A DNA stretch of 64,000 nucleotides, taken from positions 144,501-208,500 of the forward strand of contig CAZBFO010000002.1 of the NCBI GenBank assembly GCA_964491475.1. The letters are read 5' to 3'. Each line of letters starts with the position of its first letter. The stretch's first letter is position 1. The translations under genes and the position numbers were made by a program. Shown in pieces: positions 1 through 8,596 of this stretch. This DNA is from an uncultured Gammaproteobacteria bacterium (GTDB lineage Bacteria > Patescibacteriota > Patescibacteriia > SG8-24). Below the pieces are notes generated by a model. That model was not told where the DNA came from. It did no database searches and saw only the letters and a program-made list of their open reading frames with translations.

Positions 1-1
1 G

Positions 2-1798
2 CCGAGCGGCCCGGACCTCTACGAGGACCAGATTGCGGCCATGAGAGTGCTCATTCATCAGTGGAACATGAAGGGTTCACCGGGCGAGGAGCCGGCATAC
101 TTCATGTACCTCACCCCGCAAAACCACTGGAACAACTGGGTCCTTTACGCCGAAGACGCCTTCCCGACCAGCGACAAGTCAGGTTTCCGCTTGGGCTATG
201 ACGGCAAGGAACCGGACAGCTGCGACAACAACAATGACGGCGGCGATGCGGCCAAGAACTGGAACTGCAACGCCATTCATGCCAACTTCGATCCGGTCAC
301 GCACAAGCTGCTGGGCTTCACCGGCACCATCGTCGACAACGACAACCGCAAGCGCAAGCTGACGGCGCCGGTGCAGATTACCGCGCTGATGCGCGAGAAC
401 TGCCTGCAGCTGTCGCAGGTACACAGCAACGTCACCACGCCCAGGAACATCGCCTGGACAGATGTGCTGTACCAGTCGCAGCAAGGTAAGGACGACATCC
501 TCGGCTACAACATGCTGTACAAGCACAACACCTCCCGCACGAATTCGGTTCCTCCGAACGCGGAGTTGAAACCGTACGGCAACGCGATTTCCTCCAACTT
601 GATGACTTCTGGCAAGGACAACATCGACCTGAAGCATCCGGTAAGCCTGTGGTGGACCGAAGGCGGCAGCGGCTACACGTTCTACAACTACACCGGATCC
701 GCGCAGGACAGGCAGGAAAGCGGGGACGAGACCAAGGTGCACTTCGACGGCAAGAACAACCGCGCCTCGGATAACAGCGACGTGCCCGACGTCGGCGGCT
801 ATCCGTACGCCTGCTGGGGACCTTGCGGCGTGGGGGCTTCGTCGAAACTCTGGCCGCAGAATGCCTACGACATCGGCCAAGACAAGCTGTCCAAGTTCTT
901 CGTCACCAGCTGGAGGAAATTCACCTACGCTCCGGCGCAGGCGCCTGGAACCGTGTACAAGCCGGAAAACGGCCTCGATAATCGTCTCAAGTACGCAGGT
1001 TCGGGTGAGGCTCCACGAATCGCGTCGGTCAACCGCTTCAACTGCTCTTCGGACGTTCCCGGCATGTGTGAAGAAGGAACCGAGGGCCTGACCGTAAACA
1101 CTTCGCAGGCCTCGAACGTGATTCCGCAGCAGAAGGGCAAGTTCAAGGCGAGCATCTACTTCTACGCTTGGGCCGACAAGAACCGCTTGCCGCTCCGCAG
1201 GGTCATCGTCGACTTCGGCGACGACACCACGCGTGCGGGTCAGTCGGGCGCGTACCTGAACCACCGCGGCTGCGTCGGTACCGGATGCGGATCTCCCGCA
1301 AACCCGATCTGCGAAGCCAACAACGAGTGGGGCAAGACGAAGCAGACCTGCGAATCCCACTACTTCGAGTACAGCCACACCTACATCTGCACGCCCGACA
1401 TGATCACCGGTCCGGGCAAGTTCGACGCCTGTGATCCGGGGAATCCGCGGTTCCCGTGCCAGGACGGCGTCGCGTGCCACTTCCGGCCGCGCGTGCAGGT
1501 AATGGACAACTGGGGTTTCTGCAACGGTAACTGCAAGGGCATTACCAAGTCCGGCGGAAGGTGCTTCAACATGGGCAACGCCCAGACCGCACCGGACAAG
1601 ATTCAGGAGTTCCTCAACAGCATCTACGTGACCACCGGCGACGACGTCGATCCAGCGACCTGCAATGTCGGGCAGCCGAACGCGGTCAACGAGTGCTGGA
1701 CACTCTCGAACAAGTGCTACTCTGTCAAAGTCAACGGTGCCCAGGAAAAAGCCTGGACCGAATACGCAGGAGACATCATCCTGCAGCCGGAACAGTAG
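2..1798 (+). CDS. Cys-rich secreted protein, 5' end truncated by window edge
   Basis: Open frame runs from nt 2 with no upstream stop. More than 30 Cys spread through a hydrophilic sequence (CDNNNDGGD, NCSSDVPGMCEEG, CQDGVACHF, CNGNCKG). The codon usage matches neighbouring genes. A rho-independent terminator follows. Confidence 0.5.
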   Translation, partial: PSGPDLYEDQIAAMRVLIHQWNMKGSPGEEPAYFMYLTPQNHWNNWVLYAEDAFPTSDKSGFRLGYDGKEPDSCDNNNDGGDAAKNWNCNAIHANFDPVTHKLLGFTGTIVDNDNRKRKLTAPVQITALMRENCLQLSQVHSNVTTPRNIAWTDVLYQSQQGKDDILGYNMLYKHNTSRTNSVPPNAELKPYGNAISSNLMTSGKDNIDLKHPVSLWWTEGGSGYTFYNYTGSAQDRQESGDETKVHFDGKNNRASDNSDVPDVGGYPYACWGPCGVGASSKLWPQNAYDIGQDKLSKFFVTSWRKFTYAPAQAPGTVYKPENGLDNRLKYAGSGEAPRIASVNRFNCSSDVPGMCEEGTEGLTVNTSQASNVIPQQKGKFKASIYFYAWADKNRLPLRRVIVDFGDDTTRAGQSGAYLNHRGCVGTGCGSPANPICEANNEWGKTKQTCESHYFEYSHTYICTPDMITGPGKFDACDPGNPRFPCQDGVACHFRPRVQVMDNWGFCNGNCKGITKSGGRCFNMGNAQTAPDKIQEFLNSIYVTTGDDVDPATCNVGQPNAVNECWTLSNKCYSVKVNGAQEKAWTEYAGDIILQPEQ

Positions 1799-1812
1799 AC
1801 CCTTGCCCTGCA

Positions 1813-1847
1813 AAACGCCGCCTTTCCACAGGCGGCGTTTTTGCTTT
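1813..1847 (+). terminator. rho-independent terminator
   Basis: aaacgccgcc-tttccaca-ggcggcgttt hairpin followed by a T-tract. Confidence 0.7.
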
Positions 1848-1899
1848 GATTTTGCTTAAAAATCGGACTGGATAACTGCCTTCTTCGGCCCCTTGATTC

Positions 1900-4752
1900 G
1901 TGGTATGCTGTACGCGTGGCTATCCCGCAACGTACACGCGCATGTGGGCATCTTTACTGGTCGGAATCTCCGGCCTTCGCAAGCGACTTTTCGCCAGGCA
2001 TGACGATTCGCCGTCGTTGATCACCCGACGTGGACTTGTTGTCGTCGTCTTTTTGGTCGTCTTCGGAACGTTGTTCGTTTCGCATCCCTCCGTGCTCGCC
2101 GACAACACCTCCAACGGCGTCACGGAAGGCATCGGCAACGCCATCGCCACGGCCGTCGGCTTCATCATCGACCTGATGCTTGGCTTGGTGGGCCAGCTGC
2201 TGCTGATCATGATCGGCGCGCTGATCTGGGTGGCGCAATACAACGGGTTCGTGACGGCCGTGCCGGTGGCCCAAGGCTGGACCATCGTCCGCGACGTCAC
2301 CAACATGTTCTTTATCGTCATCATGCTGATTTACGCCTTCGGTACCATCCTCGGCGTAGATGCCTACAGCGCCAAGGGCGGCGCCATCGTCAAGCTGCTG
2401 ATCATGGCCGTCGTGGTCAACTTCTCGCGCACCATCTGCGGACTGCTCATCGATGCCAGCCAGGTGGTCATGCTGACGTTCGTCTACGGCTTCAAGGAAG
2501 CGGCCGGCGGCAACTTCGCCGACGCCCTCGGCATCACCAAGCTGATGCAGCTGAAAAACGAAGGAACCGTCTCCGCCTGGTCCGTGACGGTGTCCCTGAT
2601 GTTGGCACTGCTCATGACCTCCGTTTCGCTGATGGTCGTCGTGGTCATGACCATCTGCCTGGCGGTGCGCATCGTCATCCTCTGGCTGCTGATCGTCATG
2701 TCGCCGTTGGCTTTCCTGACGCGAACCGCGCCAGGAAGCTTTGCCAAAGGAAAGTATGCCGACTGGTGGAAGAAGTTCACCGCGCAGCTGGTCTTCGGTC
2801 CGGTAATGGCGTTCTTCCTGTGGTTGGCGCTGGTGAGCGTCGGTTCCTCCGAGTTTTCCGGCCAAGGGTTTCCTCCGATGAACTCGGGCGTAGGCAACGT
2901 CGGTACGGTCAACTCGAACGCTTCCGAGGCGTTCGGCGACATTCAGATCCAAAAGTTCATCATCGCCATCTGCCTGCTGTTCGGCGGCCTGCAAATGGCC
3001 AAGGAGGTGGCCGACAACATGTCCGTTTTGAGTCAGGCAAAGGACAAGGTCAAGGGCGCGTACTCGGCCGCCAAGGGCGTCTATGACCGCGGGAAGACCG
3101 TCGCCAAAGGCACGGCCAAGGTCGCCGGCGTCGCCGGATCCGCAGGCATCGGCCTGGTGGACATCGCCAGCGGAGGCAGGGGCACCAAGGCCAAGAACTG
3201 GGCGCTTACGCAAGCGGCAAAAGTTCCGCTTATCGGCGGCGCCGCAGAAGCAAAACTTAGTCGTGACAAGGCCGCGAACGAGGAGGTCGCGAAGAAGGCC
3301 GCAGGAAGGGCGTCCAAGGCCAGCGAGGAGCTGGTCAAGTCGCGCGCCAACGAGAAGCTGTCCGCCGTCACCATGGACGGCCAGATCGAGCGCAACGAGT
3401 TCCAGAAGAAGCGCGTGCAGGATCTCGCCAAGAAGTCCAAGAAGAAGCAGCTGACCCAAGAGGAACGGCAGGAATACTTCCGATTGGCCAAGAGCATCAA
3501 GAAACACGGTGACAAGTTCGATGACGACTCCGGCGACAAGGTGCTGGAGGGAATAGAGAAGAGGAACCCGTCGCTCATCGTCGACGAGAACGAGAAAGAC
3601 CCTGCCGAGAGGAAACGTCAGGCTGAAGCATTCGTGAAATCGGCGCGGTCCCTCAACAAGCAGGACTTGGCCGACATGGACCCGGATGCCCTCAAGGGCA
3701 ATGCCCAGCTGCAGGCGTTCCTGTCGCCCAAGCAGGTGCTGGAAGCGCAAAAGATCGCCACCGGCGACAACCTCGAGGCTCTCGAGAGAATGGGTTCCAA
3801 CGAGAGCGAAATCAAGGCTTATCAGGAGGGTTTGCGCAACCGCGCCGACGTCTTCGCCTTCAACTCCGAGCAAGACCGCGCGGCCCGCGTCTCCGGAATG
3901 TCCGAAGATCAGCTCAAGGAGCTGGCGGGCAATCCGGGAGTCGGTGCCGAGGCCTTCGGAGGTTCGGTGCTTCAGGCGGCCGTCGCTGCCGGTACTGCGG
4001 GGGCGCTTGCCGACAAGCTCGCGCCGACGCTCTCGGCCCAGACGCTGGAAGACAACGACGCACTCGCCGATCAGATCGCCAGGGGCATCAGCGCCAGCTC
4101 GCTGGCGAGCCTGTCAAAGGATGTCGGCGACGTGCTCCGCGAACGCGTCGCGGAAACCGATCCGGCAAAGGCGATGGCCGGAGGAGCCAAAATGGAACAG
4201 GTCTTCGGCGGCTACGGCGGAGACGGCAGCTTCGATACGGTCGAGAATCGCGCCGCATTCGAGAAGTACCTGCAGGACGGACTTACGGACAAACGCGCCG
4301 GCTCGATTCCGGCCGATGCCATCGCCAGGAACGGCGGCATCAACGACGTCTCCATCTCGATGATCAAGAACCTTGAAGTGAGCGACCTGCAGAAGATGGC
4401 CAAGGACGGCAAGACCGGTCAGGTATCGGAACTGCTGTCCGCCATGGAGAAGTTCTCCAAGGTCGACACCAGCGATCAGGCGGCGGTCGATAAGTTCATC
4501 GTTGAGAATGCCGGCGTCACGGTGAACGAGCAGGAACTGCGCGCGGTCATGACCAAGGCGGCCCAGACTCTGGCCGACTCCGCCGGCGCCAACAGCCCCA
4601 TCCGCGCGGCCCAGCAGGAAAAGGCCACGATGCGCGCGGTCGAGGCTGCCGCCCGCAAGGCGGCCGAAGCGGAAAACCGGCGTCAGGCTTTCGAGCGGAA
4701 GCTTCTAGGCAGGATACCCAAGCGCGACCGACGCACCAGCAGGAATAAATAG
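1900..4752 (+). CDS. VirB6/TrbL-like polytopic T4SS membrane protein with long C-terminal hydrophilic extension
   Basis: The N-terminal ~300 aa contain 6-7 predicted TM helices (GLVVVVFLVVFGTLFV, IIDLMLGLVGQLLLIMIGALIWV, MFFIVIMLIYAFGTILG, LLIMAVVVNF, LMLALLMTSVSLMVVVVMTICLAVRIVILWLLIVMSPLAF, VFGPVMAFFLWLALV). The following ~650 aa are Ala/Lys/Glu-rich and low-complexity, as in ConG/TcpH/PrgH-type VirB6 homologues. It is the first gene of an operon that contains VirB3 and VirB4. Start codon is uncertain (GTG 1900 or ATG 1942). Confidence 0.55.
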   Translation: MVCCTRGYPATYTRMWASLLVGISGLRKRLFARHDDSPSLITRRGLVVVVFLVVFGTLFVSHPSVLADNTSNGVTEGIGNAIATAVGFIIDLMLGLVGQLLLIMIGALIWVAQYNGFVTAVPVAQGWTIVRDVTNMFFIVIMLIYAFGTILGVDAYSAKGGAIVKLLIMAVVVNFSRTICGLLIDASQVVMLTFVYGFKEAAGGNFADALGITKLMQLKNEGTVSAWSVTVSLMLALLMTSVSLMVVVVMTICLAVRIVILWLLIVMSPLAFLTRTAPGSFAKGKYADWWKKFTAQLVFGPVMAFFLWLALVSVGSSEFSGQGFPPMNSGVGNVGTVNSNASEAFGDIQIQKFIIAICLLFGGLQMAKEVADNMSVLSQAKDKVKGAYSAAKGVYDRGKTVAKGTAKVAGVAGSAGIGLVDIASGGRGTKAKNWALTQAAKVPLIGGAAEAKLSRDKAANEEVAKKAAGRASKASEELVKSRANEKLSAVTMDGQIERNEFQKKRVQDLAKKSKKKQLTQEERQEYFRLAKSIKKHGDKFDDDSGDKVLEGIEKRNPSLIVDENEKDPAERKRQAEAFVKSARSLNKQDLADMDPDALKGNAQLQAFLSPKQVLEAQKIATGDNLEALERMGSNESEIKAYQEGLRNRADVFAFNSEQDRAARVSGMSEDQLKELAGNPGVGAEAFGGSVLQAAVAAGTAGALADKLAPTLSAQTLEDNDALADQIARGISASSLASLSKDVGDVLRERVAETDPAKAMAGGAKMEQVFGGYGGDGSFDTVENRAAFEKYLQDGLTDKRAGSIPADAIARNGGINDVSISMIKNLEVSDLQKMAKDGKTGQVSELLSAMEKFSKVDTSDQAAVDKFIVENAGVTVNEQELRAVMTKAAQTLADSAGANSPIRAAQQEKATMRAVEAAARKAAEAENRRQAFERKLLGRIPKRDRRTSRNK
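1901..1909 (+). promoter_or_regulatory. candidate extended -10 element (TGgTATGCT) upstream of the T4SS operon
   Basis: TGGTATGCT matches the TGnTAnnnT extended -10 consensus. It overlaps the GTG at 1900 that the ORF track uses as the start. The true start of the VirB6-like gene may therefore be downstream, for example ATG 1942. Confidence 0.25.
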
Positions 4753-4760
4753 CACTTCCT

Positions 4761-6062
4761 ATGGAAGAGGCGCAACAGGCGACAACTGAAACGGCGGCCG
4801 AGGCTCCCGCTAAATCGCCAGAAGGGCAGGTCATCGCGCCGGTCGCAGAGAACGACGATGCGGGCGGCGGACCCGAAGTCGGCGTTTTGGTGCGCATCAA
4901 AAGCCTGCCCCAGGCGGTCTTCGATTATCTGATGTCAGACGACCTGGTGAAGCTGCATCAGACCGTCTATGACCAGCACGGCCTCAAGCCCGAGGAGCGC
5001 GATGCCGTCTATTACGCCGAACTGCAGACGTTCCTCGGCGAGCTCGGCCTCAAGGAATTTCCGGGGGAATTGTGGAGCCGCCTCGGTTGGGAAGAATCGC
5101 GCGACGAGCAGGTCATCGCCTTGGCCGTGGACGTGCTCGGTTTCGTCTTCTTGCCGGCGCAGGCGCATCTCGGAGACGTTGCCGGCGTCATCGCCGAGCT
5201 CGGCGGGGACATCAAGGCGTTTCCCGAAAAGCAGCTTGAGGTACGCAGGATCACTTACGCGCAGGGATCGGCGGAAATCGCCGAAGTGGCCGATTTGGGC
5301 GAAGAGGACGACGGCACTATGCGCAAGCGCCTGGCGTTCATCATCGAGTCGCGGTTGCGCCACGTGCGCACCAACGTCGCCGTAAAGGAGATGCTGATGC
5401 GCGGCAAGAAGACCGGCGGCATGGACCTTTCGGAGCAGGAAGCCGACAAGATCATCGAACTCCTGGAGTCGAAGACCCGCATGACCTCGTACGCCGACGT
5501 CCTCGGAGAAGAGCCTGCCGCGGCTGCCGGGGGAGAAGAGCCGGAATATGCCGCAGAGGACATCAAGAGGATTTTTGCAGGTACTGCCGAAGAACAGGAG
5601 GCGCTCGGGAAGCGCATAGGACGTTTCGCCTCGGTCACTGCCGGCGACCCGTCCAAGATGCGCGACGCCTTTTACCAGGTGATCGCGCCTGCCGACGGCA
5701 GTCCCATCGATCCGCCGTACGTCGTCGCCGGACTCATTTCGATGGCTGACGGCGACAAGATTTCCGACGCTTTGGCCGAAGACGAGCGCTATCGCACGTT
5801 CGTCCGCGAATACCTCAAGGGAAAAAAACGCGACGCCGAAGCAGAGGCCTTCGATGCAGATCCGACCGATGCCAAGTACATGAACATCCTGCTGCAGTAC
5901 CTCTTGCGGGGCATCGCAGGCTACGACGATGCCGATTCCGCCCGCCTCGGGCTGCACGTCATCAACCTGCTCAACAAGCAGGGGTACAATCGCTACGCCG
6001 AGCTGGTGGCCTTCGACATGAAAGAAGGCGAATTCCGATGGAAAGACCTTGTTGAACCATAG
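4761..6062 (+). CDS. hypothetical acidic protein (T4SS operon member)
   Basis: 433-aa acidic ORF, 9 nt after the VirB6-like gene and in the same operon. No recognisable motif. Confidence 0.5.
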   Translation: MEEAQQATTETAAEAPAKSPEGQVIAPVAENDDAGGGPEVGVLVRIKSLPQAVFDYLMSDDLVKLHQTVYDQHGLKPEERDAVYYAELQTFLGELGLKEFPGELWSRLGWEESRDEQVIALAVDVLGFVFLPAQAHLGDVAGVIAELGGDIKAFPEKQLEVRRITYAQGSAEIAEVADLGEEDDGTMRKRLAFIIESRLRHVRTNVAVKEMLMRGKKTGGMDLSEQEADKIIELLESKTRMTSYADVLGEEPAAAAGGEEPEYAAEDIKRIFAGTAEEQEALGKRIGRFASVTAGDPSKMRDAFYQVIAPADGSPIDPPYVVAGLISMADGDKISDALAEDERYRTFVREYLKGKKRDAEAEAFDADPTDAKYMNILLQYLLRGIAGYDDADSARLGLHVINLLNKQGYNRYAELVAFDMKEGEFRWKDLVEP

Positions 6063-6077
6063 CTGAACGAGTCCCGT

Positions 6078-7376
6078 ATGGCCGATACCACCTCCCTTCC
6101 CGGTTCCGACGCAACGTCGGACGCAGCCAAAAAAGCGCCTTCGAACGACGGGGGATTGACCAAGGAGTCTTGGCTCGACCTGTCCGACGCCTCCATTCCC
6201 GTGATCGACCCGCAGGGCAAACAGGTGGTCCTGAAAGGGGCCGGCTTTGTCGATCCTGCTCCTGCGCCAGTCCCGGCGGTTCCCGCTGCCTCGCAGCCGG
6301 CTGTCGCCAAGGCGGCACCCCCTCCTCCGAACCTTCCTTTGGTGGAAGAAAAACCGATTACGGCCGAGCCGGTCGGCGCGCAACCTGTCACCTCGCTGGC
6401 CGATCTCGGACTCGACGACGCCGCGGACGTCGCCGAAATCAAGAAGATCGAACAGAAGACGGCGGTGAAGTCCGTGGACGCTTCCGTAAAGAAGGACTTG
6501 CCGCTGCTGGAGTCGATGGTCGAGGATGCCGTCAACGGCACGGACGCCAACGTCACCGACGTCAGCATGCGCCGCCGTTTCAGCCTTCTCATTTCGCTCT
6601 TCTTCCGCGACTTGCGCGACGGCCTGGAAACGAAGTCCAAGTTCACCATGCCGGTACAGAGCGGGGGGATGGGCTTCGACGACGCTACCGCCGATCGGGT
6701 GCTGGAAGAGCTGGTAAGGCGCAACAAGTCGTACAAGGAGGCGCTCACCGGCAAGGCGGCAGACGACAAGTCGCAATACGTCGCCAAGCGCACCGAGACC
6801 GTCCTCAACCTGCAGGAGAACATCGACCGCGCCGAGCAGGAACGCGGCGACAAGGCGTTCGAGGGCCTGATGCAGCGCGTCGGCACGCGTGCCGAGGAGC
6901 AGCCGGCGCCGCGGCCCGCAGAACCAAGGTCGATTCCGGTCATCGGTCTCGACAAGAAACCGACGCCTTCGGCCGCGCCGCAAGTCGTCGGCACCGCCGG
7001 GATCGGCTCCGTCAACCGTCCCACCGTCTCGGATGTCGCCTATGCGCCGAAGCTCACCGGGCCGGTGGAAGAGCTTCGCCAGCTGACCCTCAAGGACTTC
7101 CGCCGCCTTTCCCGCGACCCCAAGGAGGCTACGCTCAAGATCAAGGACAAGATCGACCTTCTCGAGGAGCAGTCTTTCGAAGTGAAAACCGCTGGCGTCA
7201 GCGCCTGGCACGATTGCGAGGTGAACCGGCTGTACTTGGAAATCCTCCGGCAAAGCTTGGACGGAAAACCGATCATGGACGTGATAGCCGATCTCGACCA
7301 GAAGGCATTGCCTGCGCTCACCAAAGACGAATTCGACGTGATCATGCAGTTGAATCAAAAATTGCGCTTTGGTTAG
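6078..7376 (+). CDS. hypothetical protein with Pro/Ala-rich low-complexity N-half (T4SS operon member)
   Basis: 432-aa ORF with a PAPAPVPAVPAASQPAVAKAAPPPP tract and a C-terminal globular region. Tightly spaced in the operon. Confidence 0.5.
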   Translation: MADTTSLPGSDATSDAAKKAPSNDGGLTKESWLDLSDASIPVIDPQGKQVVLKGAGFVDPAPAPVPAVPAASQPAVAKAAPPPPNLPLVEEKPITAEPVGAQPVTSLADLGLDDAADVAEIKKIEQKTAVKSVDASVKKDLPLLESMVEDAVNGTDANVTDVSMRRRFSLLISLFFRDLRDGLETKSKFTMPVQSGGMGFDDATADRVLEELVRRNKSYKEALTGKAADDKSQYVAKRTETVLNLQENIDRAEQERGDKAFEGLMQRVGTRAEEQPAPRPAEPRSIPVIGLDKKPTPSAAPQVVGTAGIGSVNRPTVSDVAYAPKLTGPVEELRQLTLKDFRRLSRDPKEATLKIKDKIDLLEEQSFEVKTAGVSAWHDCEVNRLYLEILRQSLDGKPIMDVIADLDQKALPALTKDEFDVIMQLNQKLRFG

Positions 7377-7433
7377 CGAAATAAAGTGTGGAAAGGTGCA
7401 CGGCCTTAGGTGTGCTATAGTGTAAGCAGCGAT

Positions 7434-7859
7434 ATGCGATACGTGGTACCGCAGTTCATCGACGTGGAAGACAAAATTCTCGGCCCGCTGACGGTCCGGC
7501 AGTTTTTGATCCTGCTCGCCACCGCGCTGGTCATGTTCGTCGAGTACAAGCTGTCCGACTTCGGGCTGTTTCTCGCGGTGAGCATTCCCTCGTTCGCCAT
7601 CGGCGGCACCTTCGCCTTTTTCCGGGTGAACGGCCAGCCGTTCCACTTCTTCCTGCTGAACCTGCTGCAGACGTTCCGTCGTCCGCCTCTCCGGAGCTGG
7701 GACAAGGAACAGTCCGACGCCGAACTGCTGGACATCATCCGCAAGCCGCCGCCGCCCGCGCCGCCGGCCCGCATTCGCAAGGAGGCGCTGGCCAGCACCA
7801 AGCTGACGGAGCTTTCCCTGGTCGTCAACACGGGCGGCGTCTACAATCCCGACGCATAA
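7434..7859 (+). CDS. VirB3/PrgI-like small membrane protein
   Basis: About 140 aa. The N-terminus reads FIDVEDKILGPLTVRQF followed by two hydrophobic helices (LILLATALVMFVEY, LFLAVSIPSFAIGGTFAFF). It lies immediately upstream of VirB4, the canonical VirB3-VirB4 synteny. An alternative GTG start lies at 7410. Confidence 0.55.
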   Translation: MRYVVPQFIDVEDKILGPLTVRQFLILLATALVMFVEYKLSDFGLFLAVSIPSFAIGGTFAFFRVNGQPFHFFLLNLLQTFRRPPLRSWDKEQSDAELLDIIRKPPPPAPPARIRKEALASTKLTELSLVVNTGGVYNPDA

Positions 7860-7877
7860 GACACGTACTCCACGCAC

Positions 7878-8591
7878 ATGGCGCAGGAACAAGAGATGCA
7901 ATCAAGGAAGTTGGCCGGCGGCAAGCCGGGTCCCGCGACCCAGCGATTCTTGGATATCGCCGAAGTCAAGGAGGACGTGATGGTCATGAAGGACGGCACC
8001 ATGCGCGTGGTGCTGATCGTTGCCAGCATCAACTTCGCGCTCAAGTCCGAGGACGAGCAGAACGCCATCATCTCCGCCTACGTGCAGTTCCTCAATGCGC
8101 TGGAGTTCCCGCTGCAGGTGGTGATTCAGTCGCGCCGCCTGAACATCGACAAGTACATCGAGCGCCTCAAGGAGTCGGAAAAGAACCAGACCAACGAGCT
8201 GCTCCGCATGCAGATCAAGGACTACCGCAACTTCGTGCAGGAACTGGTCACGCTCGGCCAGATCATGCAGAAGCAGTTCTTCGTGGTCGTCCCGTACAAC
8301 CCGTTGTCCGACAAGCGCAAGGGCTTTTTCTCGCGCCTGTCCGAGGCTTTTTCGCCGACGCTGTCCGTCCGCCTGGCAGAGGACCGTTTCCGCCAGCGCA
8401 AGAACGACCTGCAGACCCGCGTCGACCACATCATCAGCAACTTGGGCAGCATGGGCCTCAAGGCCGTCCAGCTCGACACGCAGAGCCTGATCGAGCTGTT
8501 CTACCGCGTCTACAATCCGGAAACCTACGACACGCAGAAGATGCAGGACTCTTCCAAGCTCCGCGTCACCGATGAAATCACGACCGTCTAA
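7878..8591 (+). CDS. VirB4 N-terminal domain encoded as a separate ORF (split VirB4)
   Basis: MVMKDGTMRVVLIVASINFALKSEDEQNAIISAYVQFLNALEFPLQVVIQ matches the N-terminal KDG...(L/I)N(F/Y)...SEEEQ...F...LN module of Gram-positive VirB4s (ConE/TcpF/PrgJ type). It ends 5 nt before the ATPase ORF, which lies in the -1 frame. Confidence 0.5.
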   Translation: MAQEQEMQSRKLAGGKPGPATQRFLDIAEVKEDVMVMKDGTMRVVLIVASINFALKSEDEQNAIISAYVQFLNALEFPLQVVIQSRRLNIDKYIERLKESEKNQTNELLRMQIKDYRNFVQELVTLGQIMQKQFFVVVPYNPLSDKRKGFFSRLSEAFSPTLSVRLAEDRFRQRKNDLQTRVDHIISNLGSMGLKAVQLDTQSLIELFYRVYNPETYDTQKMQDSSKLRVTDEITTV

Positions 8592-8596
8592 CGCCT

